Positions 9,581-19,171 of a stretch of 33,333 bases of DNA are shown one piece after another. Source of the stretch: an uncultured Roseivirgaceae bacterium (GTDB lineage: Bacteria > Bacteroidota > Bacteroidia > Cytophagales > Cyclobacteriaceae). Position 1 is the first letter of the stretch. Each line of letters starts with the position of its first letter. Location of the stretch: contig CAYRIF010000003.1 of the NCBI GenBank assembly GCA_964424205.1, positions 1-33,333 on the forward strand, written 5' to 3'. The notes under the pieces are model-generated. The model had not been told where the DNA came from, did no database searches, and saw only the letters and a list, made by a program, of their open reading frames with translations. The position numbers and the translations under genes are program-made.

Positions 9581-9626
9581 TAAAGATTGGGGGAAAATAG
9601 AGTCAGACTATCTATTAGTATAATGG

Positions 9627-10859
9627 TTAAAAAGTAACCTCGCGTTCAATCACCTCATCTCCTCTTTTTACTTTTACCAGTGCTTTTTCTCCTGCCTTAC
9701 ATTTAGCAAGACCTTCCATGTATTTGTAAATGTCCGTTACTATAACATCGGCAATTTGAATCACCACATCTCCTTTTTTAAAGCCTGCCTTGTCCGCCAC
9801 TTTCCCATCCATTACGCCGTCTATTCTCATGCCTTTTCCGTCATACATGTAATCAGGCATTACGCCTAACGTCACTTTAAATCGCGCCGCTTTTTTCTGC
9901 CCCTCTTCCTTTGTTTTGGTAAATGTTAGTTTCCCTTTACCGTCTACTGCTTTGATTACCTCAGAAATATAATCTGTCACTGCTATAATTCCTGGGTAAT
10001 TGATTAATTCAGAATCGTCACTAGGTTTGTGATAATCGCTGTGCTGCCCTGTGAAAAAATGCAGCACTGGCATATTTGCCAAATAAAATGAGGTATGGTC
10101 TGATGGGCCGATGCCGCTGTCGTGGGTTACAATGCCTCCAATGCCCTCCACCTTTATTTTATCTAATATTCCATGCCAAACGGGACTAGTCCCAGTGCCG
10201 TATACTGCTAATTTTGACTCCTCATTTAACCTTCCCACCATGTCCATGTTAATCATATAGTCCACCTTGGATAAATCAATCGTTGGATGCTTAACATATG
10301 ATTTAGAGCCAAAAAGACCTAATTCCTCTCCAGAAAAAGCTATGAAAAGATAATTATTATGGTTGATGGGTTTACTGTTTTTAAGTCTTTTTGCCAAGTT
10401 CAATAATGCTGCCACGCCACTTGCATTATCATCTGCGCCGTTGTGTATTGCTGAATCAACGGACAATGAGCCATGTCCGCCAAAACCGAGGTGGTCATAA
10501 TGCGCCCCAATGATGATTGTATTTTCTGCCTGATTATCAATATAACCCACTACATTTTTGGTGTGTACTTCTCTTCCTGTGCCAACTGCTTCGTGTGGGT
10601 TCGTTTTTTCCTTAAAAGAATAATCATGAAACCATGTGCCATTACTACCCTTTGGTGTTAATCCAATTTCACCAAATCGTGCGGCTAAATATGTTCTTGC
10701 CATCGTTTCTCCCTTTGAACCCGTTGCTCTGCCCTCTAATAAATCCGAAGAGAGGTAAACGACATCAATTTGCGCTTGTAGTATTTGATTGTCCTGCGCA
10801 TTAACTAATGTAGGAAGGACTAATAATATAATGGCTACTAATTTTAATATGCTTTTCAT
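9627..10859 (-). CDS. M28-family zinc aminopeptidase with a C-terminal PDZ domain (secreted or periplasmic)
   Basis: Signal peptide; M28 metal-ligand motifs HYDHLG, DDNASG, GEELGLFGS and MDMVG; C-terminal PDZ-like GKVADKAGFKKGDVVIQIADV. Confidence 0.85.
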   Translation of the reverse strand: MKSILKLVAIILLVLPTLVNAQDNQILQAQIDVVYLSSDLLEGRATGSKGETMARTYLAARFGEIGLTPKGSNGTWFHDYSFKEKTNPHEAVGTGREVHTKNVVGYIDNQAENTIIIGAHYDHLGFGGHGSLSVDSAIHNGADDNASGVAALLNLAKRLKNSKPINHNNYLFIAFSGEELGLFGSKSYVKHPTIDLSKVDYMINMDMVGRLNEESKLAVYGTGTSPVWHGILDKIKVEGIGGIVTHDSGIGPSDHTSFYLANMPVLHFFTGQHSDYHKPSDDSELINYPGIIAVTDYISEVIKAVDGKGKLTFTKTKEEGQKKAARFKVTLGVMPDYMYDGKGMRIDGVMDGKVADKAGFKKGDVVIQIADVIVTDIYKYMEGLAKCKAGEKALVKVKRGDEVIEREVTF

Positions 10860-10946
10860 AGGTTTCTGTTTTACAGTTTGGCTACAAAGATACTGCCTAT
10901 TTCAAATATAAAAATGATTCATATCAGTTAATTTTTCCAATTGGGG

Positions 10947-10977
10947 CTTGATACTTTATCAAGAGTGATGCCATCAC
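10947..10977 (+). promoter_or_regulatory. Two adjacent palindromes, cttgataCTTtatcaag and gtgatgCcatcac, upstream of the DUF1801-like gene. The half-site gtgatggcatc recurs at ~11029.
   Basis: Perfect 7-bp and 6-bp inverted repeats. They lie inside the TTG-initiated 5' extension of track ORF 10941. Confidence 0.3.
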
Positions 10978-11066
10978 ACCCCTGCATTGTATTTACAAAA
11001 TTTACCTTTTCAGTGATACATCCTCAAGAAGTGATGGCATCCCTAAAAATCACTATGTTTGTTAAA

Positions 11067-11426
11067 ATGATTCTAAATAATATTGACAATTACTATTTAC
11101 AAAAAGACGAACCAATCAAAAGTTGTTTGATGGCTTTGAGGGAATATATTCTTAGCTATGATGACAACATAACTGAGGCTTGGAAATATGGCATGCCTTT
11201 CTTTTGTTATAAAGATAAGATGTTCTGTTACCTATGGATTGACAAAAAGACACATCAGCCGTATATTGGGATTGTAGAAGGCGGGAAGGTCAACCATCCA
11301 AAACTCATTCAAGGTAACCGATCAAGGATGAAAATACTGATGATTGACCAAAAAAAGGACCTCCCCATTGCAACAATTGATGCTGTTTTTAGAAAGGCGC
11401 TTGTTTTTTATTCTTCCAAAAAATAA
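11067..11426 (+). CDS. Small DUF1801-like (YdhG-like) protein. The start is placed at the ATG rather than the upstream TTG.
   Basis: The track ORF begins with TTG at 10941. ATG at 11067 gives ~120 aa. The region between 10947 and ~11040 carries palindromes (see the 10947-10977 feature). Core motif WKYGMPFFCYKDKMFCYLW. Paralogous to the protein at 24119-24499. Confidence 0.55.
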   Translation: MILNNIDNYYLQKDEPIKSCLMALREYILSYDDNITEAWKYGMPFFCYKDKMFCYLWIDKKTHQPYIGIVEGGKVNHPKLIQGNRSRMKILMIDQKKDLPIATIDAVFRKALVFYSSKK

Positions 11427-11433
11427 TATCCCT

Positions 11434-12852
11434 TTATTCCTCTTCAAGCTCTTCTTTGGCAGATCCTGCTTCTTCTGTATTTTTCACCTCATCACCTTTT
11501 AAATAGTTAGGCAATTGCATGCCTGCCATGTTGAACATTTCCTGCAAAGGGGGAACCGATTTATACATCCCTGAAATAAAGTTGGAAGTCGCTGTTTTAC
11601 CACCTTTAGAGTTTCCACCTTCCCACACGGTCACTTTATCAATTTTAATATTCTTAATAGCTTCAGCTTGCGTTTTAACCAGTTCGGGTAATTTATCTGC
11701 CACTAACAGTAGCACAGCATCTTTTGGGTTATTACCCGCTGCCTTTACAATTCGATCTAGCCCTTCCGCTTGTTTGGTTAATATTTCATAAAGTCCTTTT
11801 GCCTCTGCCTCTTTTTTCATAAAAATCGCATCTGCTTCACCTTTTGCAATTCTTCGTATTTGTTCTGCTTCTGCTTCAGCATCAATTTCTATTTTTTGTT
11901 TATCAATTTGTGCTGGCACAATAATATCTGCACCTTGCTCCGCCTCTTTACGCTTTGCCCTTGCCTCTTCCGCAATTTTTTCTGCTGCATATGCTTCTTC
12001 CAGTGCCTTTGCTGCCTGCACCTTTTCTGATGCTATTGCGATTTTTTCAGCTTCCGCCTCTCGAGACCTTCTATCAGCATTTGAATTTGCCACCTGAACC
12101 TTCGCCGTATTTTCACCTTCTACTGCGTTTGCATCTGCAGCCGCTACTTGGATTCGTTGATCCTGCACAGCATTGGCCTGCCCAATTGCACCATCTCTAT
12201 CCTTTTCCGCAACAGAAATTTTAGCATCATTAATAGCCTTCGCTGCCGCTTCTTTACCTAGCGCCTCTATATAGCCTGATTCATCATGAATATCGGTGAT
12301 GTTTACATTGATAAGTTTTAGTCCCACCTTTTTCAACTCTGCTTCAACACTATGCGTTATATGTGATAAAAACTGATCTCTATCGGAATTAATTTCTTCA
12401 ATATCCATTGATGCTACCACCAATCGTAATTGACCAAAAATTATTTCTTGCGCCAATTCTTGTACCGCATCTAAATTTAATTCTAATAAGCGTTCCGCTG
12501 CATTTTGCATCACACTTGGTTCTGTTGAAATACCAATTGTAAATCTTGATGGGACATTGACTCGGATATTTTGTTTACTCAAGGCATTGGTTAAGTTCAC
12601 CTCAATTGACATGGGTGTTAAATCTAAAAACGCATAATCCTGAATAATGGGCCAAATAAAAGCGGCGCCACCGTGAATACAATTCGCTGTTCCTCCACCG
12701 GTTTTCCCATAAACAACAAGAATTTTATCTGAGGGACAACGCTTATACCTTCTAAACATTGAAAAGAGAAACACAACAAATATTAAAATCACGGCTGCAA
12801 CAAGGTATACACCAGTGGCAGCAGTTTGCAAGAGTATTAATGATAAATCCAT
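11434..12852 (-). CDS. Flotillin-family (SPFH/band 7, YqiK-like) membrane protein
   Basis: N-terminal TM helix; SPFH domain; long Ala/Glu/Lys-rich coiled-coil (flotillin) region; 472 aa. Confidence 0.9.
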   Translation of the reverse strand: MDLSLILLQTAATGVYLVAAVILIFVVFLFSMFRRYKRCPSDKILVVYGKTGGGTANCIHGGAAFIWPIIQDYAFLDLTPMSIEVNLTNALSKQNIRVNVPSRFTIGISTEPSVMQNAAERLLELNLDAVQELAQEIIFGQLRLVVASMDIEEINSDRDQFLSHITHSVEAELKKVGLKLINVNITDIHDESGYIEALGKEAAAKAINDAKISVAEKDRDGAIGQANAVQDQRIQVAAADANAVEGENTAKVQVANSNADRRSREAEAEKIAIASEKVQAAKALEEAYAAEKIAEEARAKRKEAEQGADIIVPAQIDKQKIEIDAEAEAEQIRRIAKGEADAIFMKKEAEAKGLYEILTKQAEGLDRIVKAAGNNPKDAVLLLVADKLPELVKTQAEAIKNIKIDKVTVWEGGNSKGGKTATSNFISGMYKSVPPLQEMFNMAGMQLPNYLKGDEVKNTEEAGSAKEELEEE

Positions 12853-12861
12853 AGTTATTTA

Positions 12862-13443
12862 TTATTTAGAAATTTCTTTTACAAGTAATAATTCGGCACT
12901 TACAATTTCTGTGACTTTCACAATTGTGCCTGTTTTTAAATCTTCGCTGGCATCGGTCAGTGCTTCAAGCTCACGTAAACTACCTTGAACATTAATTTGA
13001 ACCTTGCCCATTTTGGAACGCTTCGCGCCGACAGGCAAATAGACTTCTCCCACTGCTCCCACGGCGTTTTTTATTTTTAACGTACCAGATTCTGCTAGTT
13101 TATGCATCCATAAAAACAATAGTGATGTCAAAACCATCATAATTAGTCCTGCAATTGTTGAAACCACAATGGTAATAGTCGTTGAGAAATCATTGTCGAT
13201 ACATGTAACACCAGTCCAGCCAAATATTGTAAAAAATGCAATTACATTTTTAAAAGTAAAAAATTGATAGCCTACACCTCCATCATCTGCTTCAAAATCA
13301 GTGGCATCAATCTCTATGTCGCCATCTAAATCACCTCCTACAAAAGTGAGGATGAAAATAATTACAAAAATTGCCGATCCAACTAGCGCAATGACCCAAT
13401 AAGCCTGCTCCATTGATGACATCTCATCAAAAAATTCTCCCAT
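12862..13443 (-). CDS. NfeD-like (YqiJ-like) membrane protein with a C-terminal OB-fold, partner of the flotillin gene
   Basis: Multi-TM N-terminal half plus a C-terminal OB-fold region (VGEVYLPVGAKRSKMGKVQINVQG). Sits immediately upstream of the flotillin gene in the same orientation. ATG at 13443 preferred over TTG at 13449. Confidence 0.8.
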   Translation of the reverse strand: MGEFFDEMSSMEQAYWVIALVGSAIFVIIFILTFVGGDLDGDIEIDATDFEADDGGVGYQFFTFKNVIAFFTIFGWTGVTCIDNDFSTTITIVVSTIAGLIMMVLTSLLFLWMHKLAESGTLKIKNAVGAVGEVYLPVGAKRSKMGKVQINVQGSLRELEALTDASEDLKTGTIVKVTEIVSAELLLVKEISK

Positions 13444-13689
13444 AGTCAAAAAGTATTAGTACCCTCCTAATGTACTAAAAATTTATCAAAATAAAAAATG
13501 AGGGCTACATTTGATGTATAGATTTATTAGAAATAATATTTATACAACTTCATTCATTTTCTCCTCATTGCTACTAATGCGCCTACTAAAAAGTATAGGG
13601 ACTAAATTGCTAATTGCTAGATGTTTCTTACTCCACGACGCCATCACCGAATAAAAGCAAGGTTTTATTGAGGACTTTTACAACCCGTT

Positions 13690-14172
13690 TTAATCTAGTT
13701 TGTTCATTCCAATCGACAGCCATTTTATTCCAGAATTTTCAATTTCAATCAACCCTGTTTCATTAATCAAAAAAGCATTTGTAGTCGTGCCGTCATAAAA
13801 TATTTTTCCTTCTGAAGCCACTAAATTCAGTGTGTCCCTAATTATTGTATAGGTTCCAAATACCTCAATTTCTCGAGGTGAGTTACCAAACTCCCAAGTG
13901 GAGTCATTATATAAGCCAAGCCAATATCCTCCTATTGGTGCTTCTCTGTAAGCTGATAATACCAGTTGTTCAATCTTTGGGTTTGGCGGATATAGGAATA
14001 CTTCTTGAATCAAGATTAGGATAATTATGAGAGCGGCAGTTCCAAAAAAACTAATTCCTACTCTTTTCCAATTCTTGGCATTCCTTTTGAATAGAGCCAA
14101 AACTATAAAGATAGATGTTAGCACGAGTCCAAGTAGACCAACCAACGATGTAATGAGTCCGAAAAGTAGCAT
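13690..14172 (-). CDS. Hypothetical membrane protein with two N-terminal TM helices
   Basis: ATG start; hydrophobic segments LLFGLITSLVGLLGLVLTSIFIVLALF and FFGTAALIIILILI. Confidence 0.55.
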   Translation of the reverse strand: MLLFGLITSLVGLLGLVLTSIFIVLALFKRNAKNWKRVGISFFGTAALIIILILIQEVFLYPPNPKIEQLVLSAYREAPIGGYWLGLYNDSTWEFGNSPREIEVFGTYTIIRDTLNLVASEGKIFYDGTTTNAFLINETGLIEIENSGIKWLSIGMNKLD

Positions 14173-14216
14173 TAATTAGTTATTATGAGCGACAATCACG
14201 TGGCTGATACCTGTTC

Positions 14217-15782
14217 CTACTTCGCAAAATGAACCGATCGCATTTCGCGAATAACCGTCACCTTAATCTGTCCCGGGTATTGCATGTCTTTCTCTATTTT
14301 TTGAGAAATTTCAAAAGACAACATGCTTGCTTTTTCGTCCGTTACATTCTCTGCATCTACCAATACTCGTAGCTCACGACCTGCTTGAATGGCATAGCAT
14401 TTGTTAACGCCCTCAAATTCTAACGCCAATTGCTCCAGCTCCTTCAATCGCTTGATGTATGAATCCATCACCTCACGTCTTGCGCCAGGTCTTGATCCTG
14501 AAATGCCGTCACAGGCTTGAATCAACGGAGAAATCATTGTCGTCATTTCTATTTCATCATGGTGCGCACCAATCGCATTACAAATGTCTGGATGCTCCTT
14601 GTATTTTTTGGCTAATTCCATCCCCAGCAGTGCATGTGGCAATTCCTGCTCTTCATGCCATACCTTGCCTATATCATGCAGCAGCCCTGCACGTTTGGCT
14701 TGCTTGGCATTCAAGCCTAGTTCCGCTGCCATAGTGGCGCATAGCTTTGCTACTTCACGTGAGTGTTGCAGCAAATTCTGACCATAAGATGATCTAAATC
14801 TCATGCGCCCAATCATTTTGATCAGTTCAGGGTGTAAACCATGAATGCCTAAATCAATCACAGTTCGCTCCCCAATTTCCACAATCTCTTCCTCAATATT
14901 TTTTGTCGTCTTTTTTACTACTTCCTCAACCCTTGCTGGATGGATTCTACCGTCGGTTACCAGCCTGTGCAGCGAAAGTCTTGCTATCTCCCTTCGCACT
15001 GGATCAAATCCTGAAATAATGATAGCTTCTGGTGTATCATCCACCACAATTTCCACGCCAGTTGCCGCTTCTATTGCCCTGATATTTCTTCCTTCCCTGC
15101 CAATGATTTTTCCTTTTACGTCATCACTTTCTATATTAAAAATTGATACGCAGTTTTCAATGGCATGTTCTGCTGATGTTCGCTGAATAGTTTCTATTAC
15201 AATCTTTTTTGCCTCTTTGGTCGCTGTCAGACGCGCCTCCTCCATGATGTCTTTGATATGTGCCGAGGCTTTTGTTTGTGCTTCTTCTTTCAGATTTTCC
15301 ACCATCATTTCTTTGGCTTCCTCAGCTGATAGGCTAGAGATTTTCTCCAAAGCGGCTATTTGCTCCTTGCGTACTTTCTCTTGGTCATCCTTCCTTTTTT
15401 TAAGAATTTCTAGTTGCGCAGCTACGTTTTCTTTCGAGCTTTCCAATTCCGCTTCTCTCCTTTTAACGGCTTCTTGCAGTTTTGAAAGGTGTTGGTCTTT
15501 TTGTTTTAGCTTGTTTTCATTGCTAATAATCTGATTCTTTTTCCTCCTTGATTCTTCTTCAAATTCAGATTTTAGCTTGTGAAATTTTTCTTTCGCTTCA
15601 AAAATTCTATTCTTCTTAACGCTCTCTGCAGAAATTCTAGCCTTCTTTATAATCAAATCTGCTTTTTCGGTTGCTTTTCGCTCTTCTAGGTTAAAAGCTT
15701 TCTGTAATAAACTTTTTCCAATAAATATTCCAATCCCTAACGCTACAATAGCTATTATTGGGTAAATCACCATCGGTTCCAT
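14217..15782 (-). CDS. rny: Ribonuclease Y
   Basis: N-terminal TM anchor, long coiled coil, KH domain ([20 protein letters not shown]) and HD domain (LLHDIGK ... GAHHDE). Length is 521 aa. Confidence 0.9.
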   Translation of the reverse strand: MEPMVIYPIIAIVALGIGIFIGKSLLQKAFNLEERKATEKADLIIKKARISAESVKKNRIFEAKEKFHKLKSEFEEESRRKKNQIISNENKLKQKDQHLSKLQEAVKRREAELESSKENVAAQLEILKKRKDDQEKVRKEQIAALEKISSLSAEEAKEMMVENLKEEAQTKASAHIKDIMEEARLTATKEAKKIVIETIQRTSAEHAIENCVSIFNIESDDVKGKIIGREGRNIRAIEAATGVEIVVDDTPEAIIISGFDPVRREIARLSLHRLVTDGRIHPARVEEVVKKTTKNIEEEIVEIGERTVIDLGIHGLHPELIKMIGRMRFRSSYGQNLLQHSREVAKLCATMAAELGLNAKQAKRAGLLHDIGKVWHEEQELPHALLGMELAKKYKEHPDICNAIGAHHDEIEMTTMISPLIQACDGISGSRPGARREVMDSYIKRLKELEQLALEFEGVNKCYAIQAGRELRVLVDAENVTDEKASMLSFEISQKIEKDMQYPGQIKVTVIREMRSVHFAK

Positions 15783-15792
15783 AAATCTCTAT

Positions 15793-15802
15793 ATTAAAGT
15801 TA
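15793..15802 (-). promoter_or_regulatory. Candidate -7 box (TAACTTTA on the minus strand) ~12 nt upstream of the rny start. A hairpin ttgctgcaactcagcaa (candidate zapA terminator) lies just upstream of it.
   Basis: Matches TAnnTTT(G/A). Position is relative to the ATG at 15782. Confidence 0.25.
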
Positions 15803-15862
15803 CACTAATAATTTAGTGCAGTAGGGAGGGGGTTTGCTGAGTTGCAGCAATGTATCGAAAAT

Positions 15863-16153
15863 CTAAAGTGAATTTGAAATTATATCACTTAGACCTTTTA
15901 GCTTTCCTGCTAAATTTTCATCAATACCTGAATCTTGTTCTTGCTCCAATGCTTTTAGCTTTTCCATATAACTATCAAAAGCCACCATTGCTAACAAGTC
16001 TTGTTTATCATCAATACCAAACTGATCTCTATAAGTTTTTATTTTTTCTTCCAATTCTTTACCCGCTCTTCTTATTCTCTCCTCGTCTTCCGACTTCACC
16101 TTCATCGGGTATTCCCTGCCTGCAAGTTTTATTTTTATAGATAGCTCCGCCAT
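15863..16153 (-). CDS. zapA: Cell division protein ZapA
   Basis: About 96 aa from the ATG (MAELSIKIKLAGREYPMKV...). The track start at 16171 is GTG. Conserved ZapA core and coiled-coil tail. Positioned upstream of rny as in other Bacteroidota. Confidence 0.75.
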   Translation of the reverse strand: MAELSIKIKLAGREYPMKVKSEDEERIRRAGKELEEKIKTYRDQFGIDDKQDLLAMVAFDSYMEKLKALEQEQDSGIDENLAGKLKGLSDIISNSL

Positions 16154-16163
16154 ATTTTCGTGT

Positions 16164-16460
16164 TTATTCACTCAAATGAGCGATGCATTTATCAATTTCC
16201 TTTATATAATTATTGACCATTTGCTTCAACTCGACAGTATCCTCATGCTCCACTGCCATACTACCTACAAGTTTACTGATTTTAATTTTATTCTGGAAAT
16301 TATTTAAATGTTCCTCTTTGGTTTTTACACATTCCTTCAAGTTAATGTTTTCACTTTTCAAGAATTTATTTTCTTCTTTTAATGCTTTGTGGTCATTTAA
16401 AAGAAGTTTTACCTTCCTTTCCAACAATTGAAACTCCGGTGCCGTCTCTAATTTATTCAT
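16164..16460 (-). CDS. Small coiled-coil protein, possibly ZapB-like, upstream of zapA
   Basis: 98 aa, almost entirely heptad-repeat coiled coil (LKEENKFLKSENINLKE). Confidence 0.5.
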   Translation of the reverse strand: MNKLETAPEFQLLERKVKLLLNDHKALKEENKFLKSENINLKECVKTKEEHLNNFQNKIKISKLVGSMAVEHEDTVELKQMVNNYIKEIDKCIAHLSE

Positions 16461-16505
16461 TTTTAATTATTTAAATAATTTTCTAAAAAATCTCCAATCG
16501 TATCA

Positions 16506-18923
16506 TTACTTTCTTATAATTGCTCCTAGCGCCTCTTCAAATGACCGCATCAATCTATTCATTGTTTTGTCAATTGCCTTGTCATTCAAGGTTTTATGCT
16601 GATCTTGCAGCAAAAATTTGAGGGCATAAGCCTTCTTATCTTCTCCAATCCTATCCCCAATATAAACGTCAAATACCTTAATTTCTTTCAGTATTTTACG
16701 CTCCGTTTTTTCGGCTACCTTCCTGATTTCCTCGAAAGATACACTTTTATCTATTACCAATGAAAGATCTCTTTGAACCTCTGGAAATTTAGAAATCTCT
16801 TCATAAACAATCTTTTTACGACTGTTTTTTAGTAAAAACTCCCAATCAAAATCAGCAAACAGCACCTTTTGACTCACGCCATTTGCTGCTGCCACCGTTT
16901 CCGATATCATCCCAAAGGTCACCACCACCTTGTCATTCACGACAGCTTCAAGCCCATATTCATAAGCACTTTGCTGAAATGGACGGCTTGCAAACTTTGA
17001 AATGTTAAATTTATTCAAAATTTTCCGCACTACCGAAGAAAGGTCATGGAATTCTAACTGGCGTACTTTATTACGCCAATTTTCATCTTCTACATCTCCA
17101 GTCATAAAAATAGTCAGCCGCTCGTGTTCATCGTACCCTTTTTCTTTTTTGAAATAGGTATTCCCAAACTCGAAAAATCTGAGATTTTTCTGCTTTCTAT
17201 TTACATTATACGCAATTGCCTCTAATCCTGAGAACAATAATGTCTGTCGTAAAACACCTAAGTCTTCACTTAGTTTGTTTAGAATGACGACGTTTTTGTC
17301 TTCATCAAGTTCTTTCAGGCTACTCGCATAGCTCGGTTTTGTCAAAGAATTCGCCATTATTTCATAAAACCCTTGCGAAACTAACATTTCAGCAGTTCTA
17401 AACTGAAGTTTTTCTCTGTCAATTTCTGGAAATTCTGAAAGAAAATCTGCGCTAAAAAATTCAGGGATTTCTACATTGTTAAACCCATAAATTCTTAGTA
17501 TTTCTTCGATTATGTCCGCTTCTCTTGTGACCTCCACCCTGTAAGTAGGCACCATGGCTTTAAATCCTGCTGTGGTTTTGTCCTTGATGTTAAAATCAAG
17601 ACTTTTTAAAATTTGGATTATTAATTCGTGTTCAAGTTTTTTTCCAATCAGCCTGTCAATATTTTTAAATTTGACAGCTACTTCCCATTGCTTTATCTCA
17701 GTCGGATATACATCTACTATCTCCGAAGAAATGGTGCCGCCACATAGTTCTTTGATTAATAATGCCGCTCTTTTCAAGGCAAAAACCGTTGCATTTGGAT
17801 CTGTTCCTCTTTCAAACCTAAAAGAAGCATCTGTCTTTAAGCCGTGTGCCATCGATGTTTTTCGGATATAATCTGCTGAAAAGTAAGCACTTTCTAAAAA
17901 TACATTCTTGGTAGCGTGGGTCACCCCTGACTTTATGCCTCCGAAAACTCCTGCAATACACATGCCGTTTCCTTCGCCATCACATATCATCAAGTCTTTC
18001 GCTTTCAACTTCCTTTCCTTTTCGTCAAGTGTTATAAAAGTTGCGCCTTCTGGCAATGTTTTTACAATTACTTTATTGCCTTTAATCAAGTCCGCGTCAA
18101 ATGCGTGCAGCGGCTGCCCAACCTCGTGCAAAACAAAATTGGTAATGTCCACCAAATTATTAATCGGTGCTAACCCGATTGATAGCAACTTTTGCTTGAG
18201 CCAATCTGGCGACTCACTAATGGTCACACCGCTAATGGTCACGCCTGAATACCGGGGACATGCCTCCCTGTTTTCTACAACTACCTCAATTTTCCTGTCG
18301 GTATTGTCTATTTTAAAAGCATCTACCGATGGCCACTGAATCTCATGACCCATCACCGCCTTCAAGTCCCTTGCCGTACCGATGTGCGACGTGGCATCTG
18401 ACCGATTTGGTGTCAAGCCTATTTCAAAAACATAATCAGCGTGCAGGTTGAAATATTGTGCAGCGGGTGTGCCCACTGGCATGTCAGTCTCCAATACCAT
18501 GATGCCATCGTGGCCTACGCCCATCCCTATTTCATCTTCTGCACAAATCATTCCCTCTGAAACTTCGCCTCTTATTTTTGCTTTTTTTATTTTGAAAGAC
18601 GCATCAGGGGCTGGGTAGAGCATTGCACCTACAGTTGCGACGATGACTTTCTGCCCTTCGGCTACGTTTGGTGCGCCACAAACAATTGGCGTCGCCTCTC
18701 CATTGCCAATGTCAACGGTTGTCACGCTCAGCTTGTCTGCATTTGGGTGCTTCGAGCAAGTCAGTACTTTGCCAATGACTAATCCCTTCAGTCCGCCAGG
18801 TACAGCCTCAAATTTTTCTATTCCCTCTACCTCTAGTCCAGCTTGGGTTAAAATATCTCCGATTGCCTCTGGAGATGCTTCTAGTTTGATATAATCTTTA
18901 AGCCAATTTAAGCTAATCTTCAT
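16506..18923 (-). CDS. pheT: Phenylalanine--tRNA ligase beta subunit
   Basis: MKISLNWLKDY N-terminus from the ATG at 18923 (the track start at 18953 is TTG). tRNA-binding, B3/B4 and B5 regions. About 805 aa. Confidence 0.9.
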   Translation of the reverse strand: MKISLNWLKDYIKLEASPEAIGDILTQAGLEVEGIEKFEAVPGGLKGLVIGKVLTCSKHPNADKLSVTTVDIGNGEATPIVCGAPNVAEGQKVIVATVGAMLYPAPDASFKIKKAKIRGEVSEGMICAEDEIGMGVGHDGIMVLETDMPVGTPAAQYFNLHADYVFEIGLTPNRSDATSHIGTARDLKAVMGHEIQWPSVDAFKIDNTDRKIEVVVENREACPRYSGVTISGVTISESPDWLKQKLLSIGLAPINNLVDITNFVLHEVGQPLHAFDADLIKGNKVIVKTLPEGATFITLDEKERKLKAKDLMICDGEGNGMCIAGVFGGIKSGVTHATKNVFLESAYFSADYIRKTSMAHGLKTDASFRFERGTDPNATVFALKRAALLIKELCGGTISSEIVDVYPTEIKQWEVAVKFKNIDRLIGKKLEHELIIQILKSLDFNIKDKTTAGFKAMVPTYRVEVTREADIIEEILRIYGFNNVEIPEFFSADFLSEFPEIDREKLQFRTAEMLVSQGFYEIMANSLTKPSYASSLKELDEDKNVVILNKLSEDLGVLRQTLLFSGLEAIAYNVNRKQKNLRFFEFGNTYFKKEKGYDEHERLTIFMTGDVEDENWRNKVRQLEFHDLSSVVRKILNKFNISKFASRPFQQSAYEYGLEAVVNDKVVVTFGMISETVAAANGVSQKVLFADFDWEFLLKNSRKKIVYEEISKFPEVQRDLSLVIDKSVSFEEIRKVAEKTERKILKEIKVFDVYIGDRIGEDKKAYALKFLLQDQHKTLNDKAIDKTMNRLMRSFEEALGAIIRK

Positions 18924-19095
18924 TTTTGTAATATTGTAATTAAAGTTGTCCAAAAAATACCTTCATTGGCATAAATCAGACAGTAGCATGCAAAGTTAAA
19001 AATTACGGGGAATAATTAAGGGGTATTTGGGATAAGTAAAGGGATTTGGAAACATTGTTTAAACGCTTGATAGGCTTTGAAAACTTACAAATTTT

Positions 19096-19148
19096 CCTAA
19101 TTATTAGTAATTAGGGAGTTATACTTGCCTAATTAATGAAAATTAGGT
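19096..19148 (+). promoter_or_regulatory. Two imperfect 20-21-nt palindromes sharing the half-site CCTAATT(A): cctaattaTTAGtaattagg (19096-19115) and cctaattAATGAAAaattagg (19128-19148). This is a candidate operator.
   Basis: Inverted repeats read directly from the sequence. Start-to-start spacing is 32 bp. A TAACTTTA -7-like box at 19148-19155 overlaps the second palindrome, 16 nt before the ATG at 19172. Confidence 0.35.
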
Positions 19149-19171
19149 AACTTTATGTAAAAATAGTTAAA

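Noticed and set aside
9365-9626. Searched for an integrase, transposase or IS element next to the ATPase remnant and elsewhere in the window
   Set aside because: No ORF with DDE, tyrosine-recombinase or serine-recombinase motifs was found in any frame. The remnant appears to result from deletion rather than IS insertion.
13450-13689. A 240-bp AT-rich gap between the 2-TM gene and nfeD, checked for small ORFs or an RNA gene
   Set aside because: Only very short ORFs (under 10 codons) were found on either strand, and there is no tRNA-like cloverleaf. It is probably a promoter/terminator region with a weak AATAAAA/TTTTATT hairpin.
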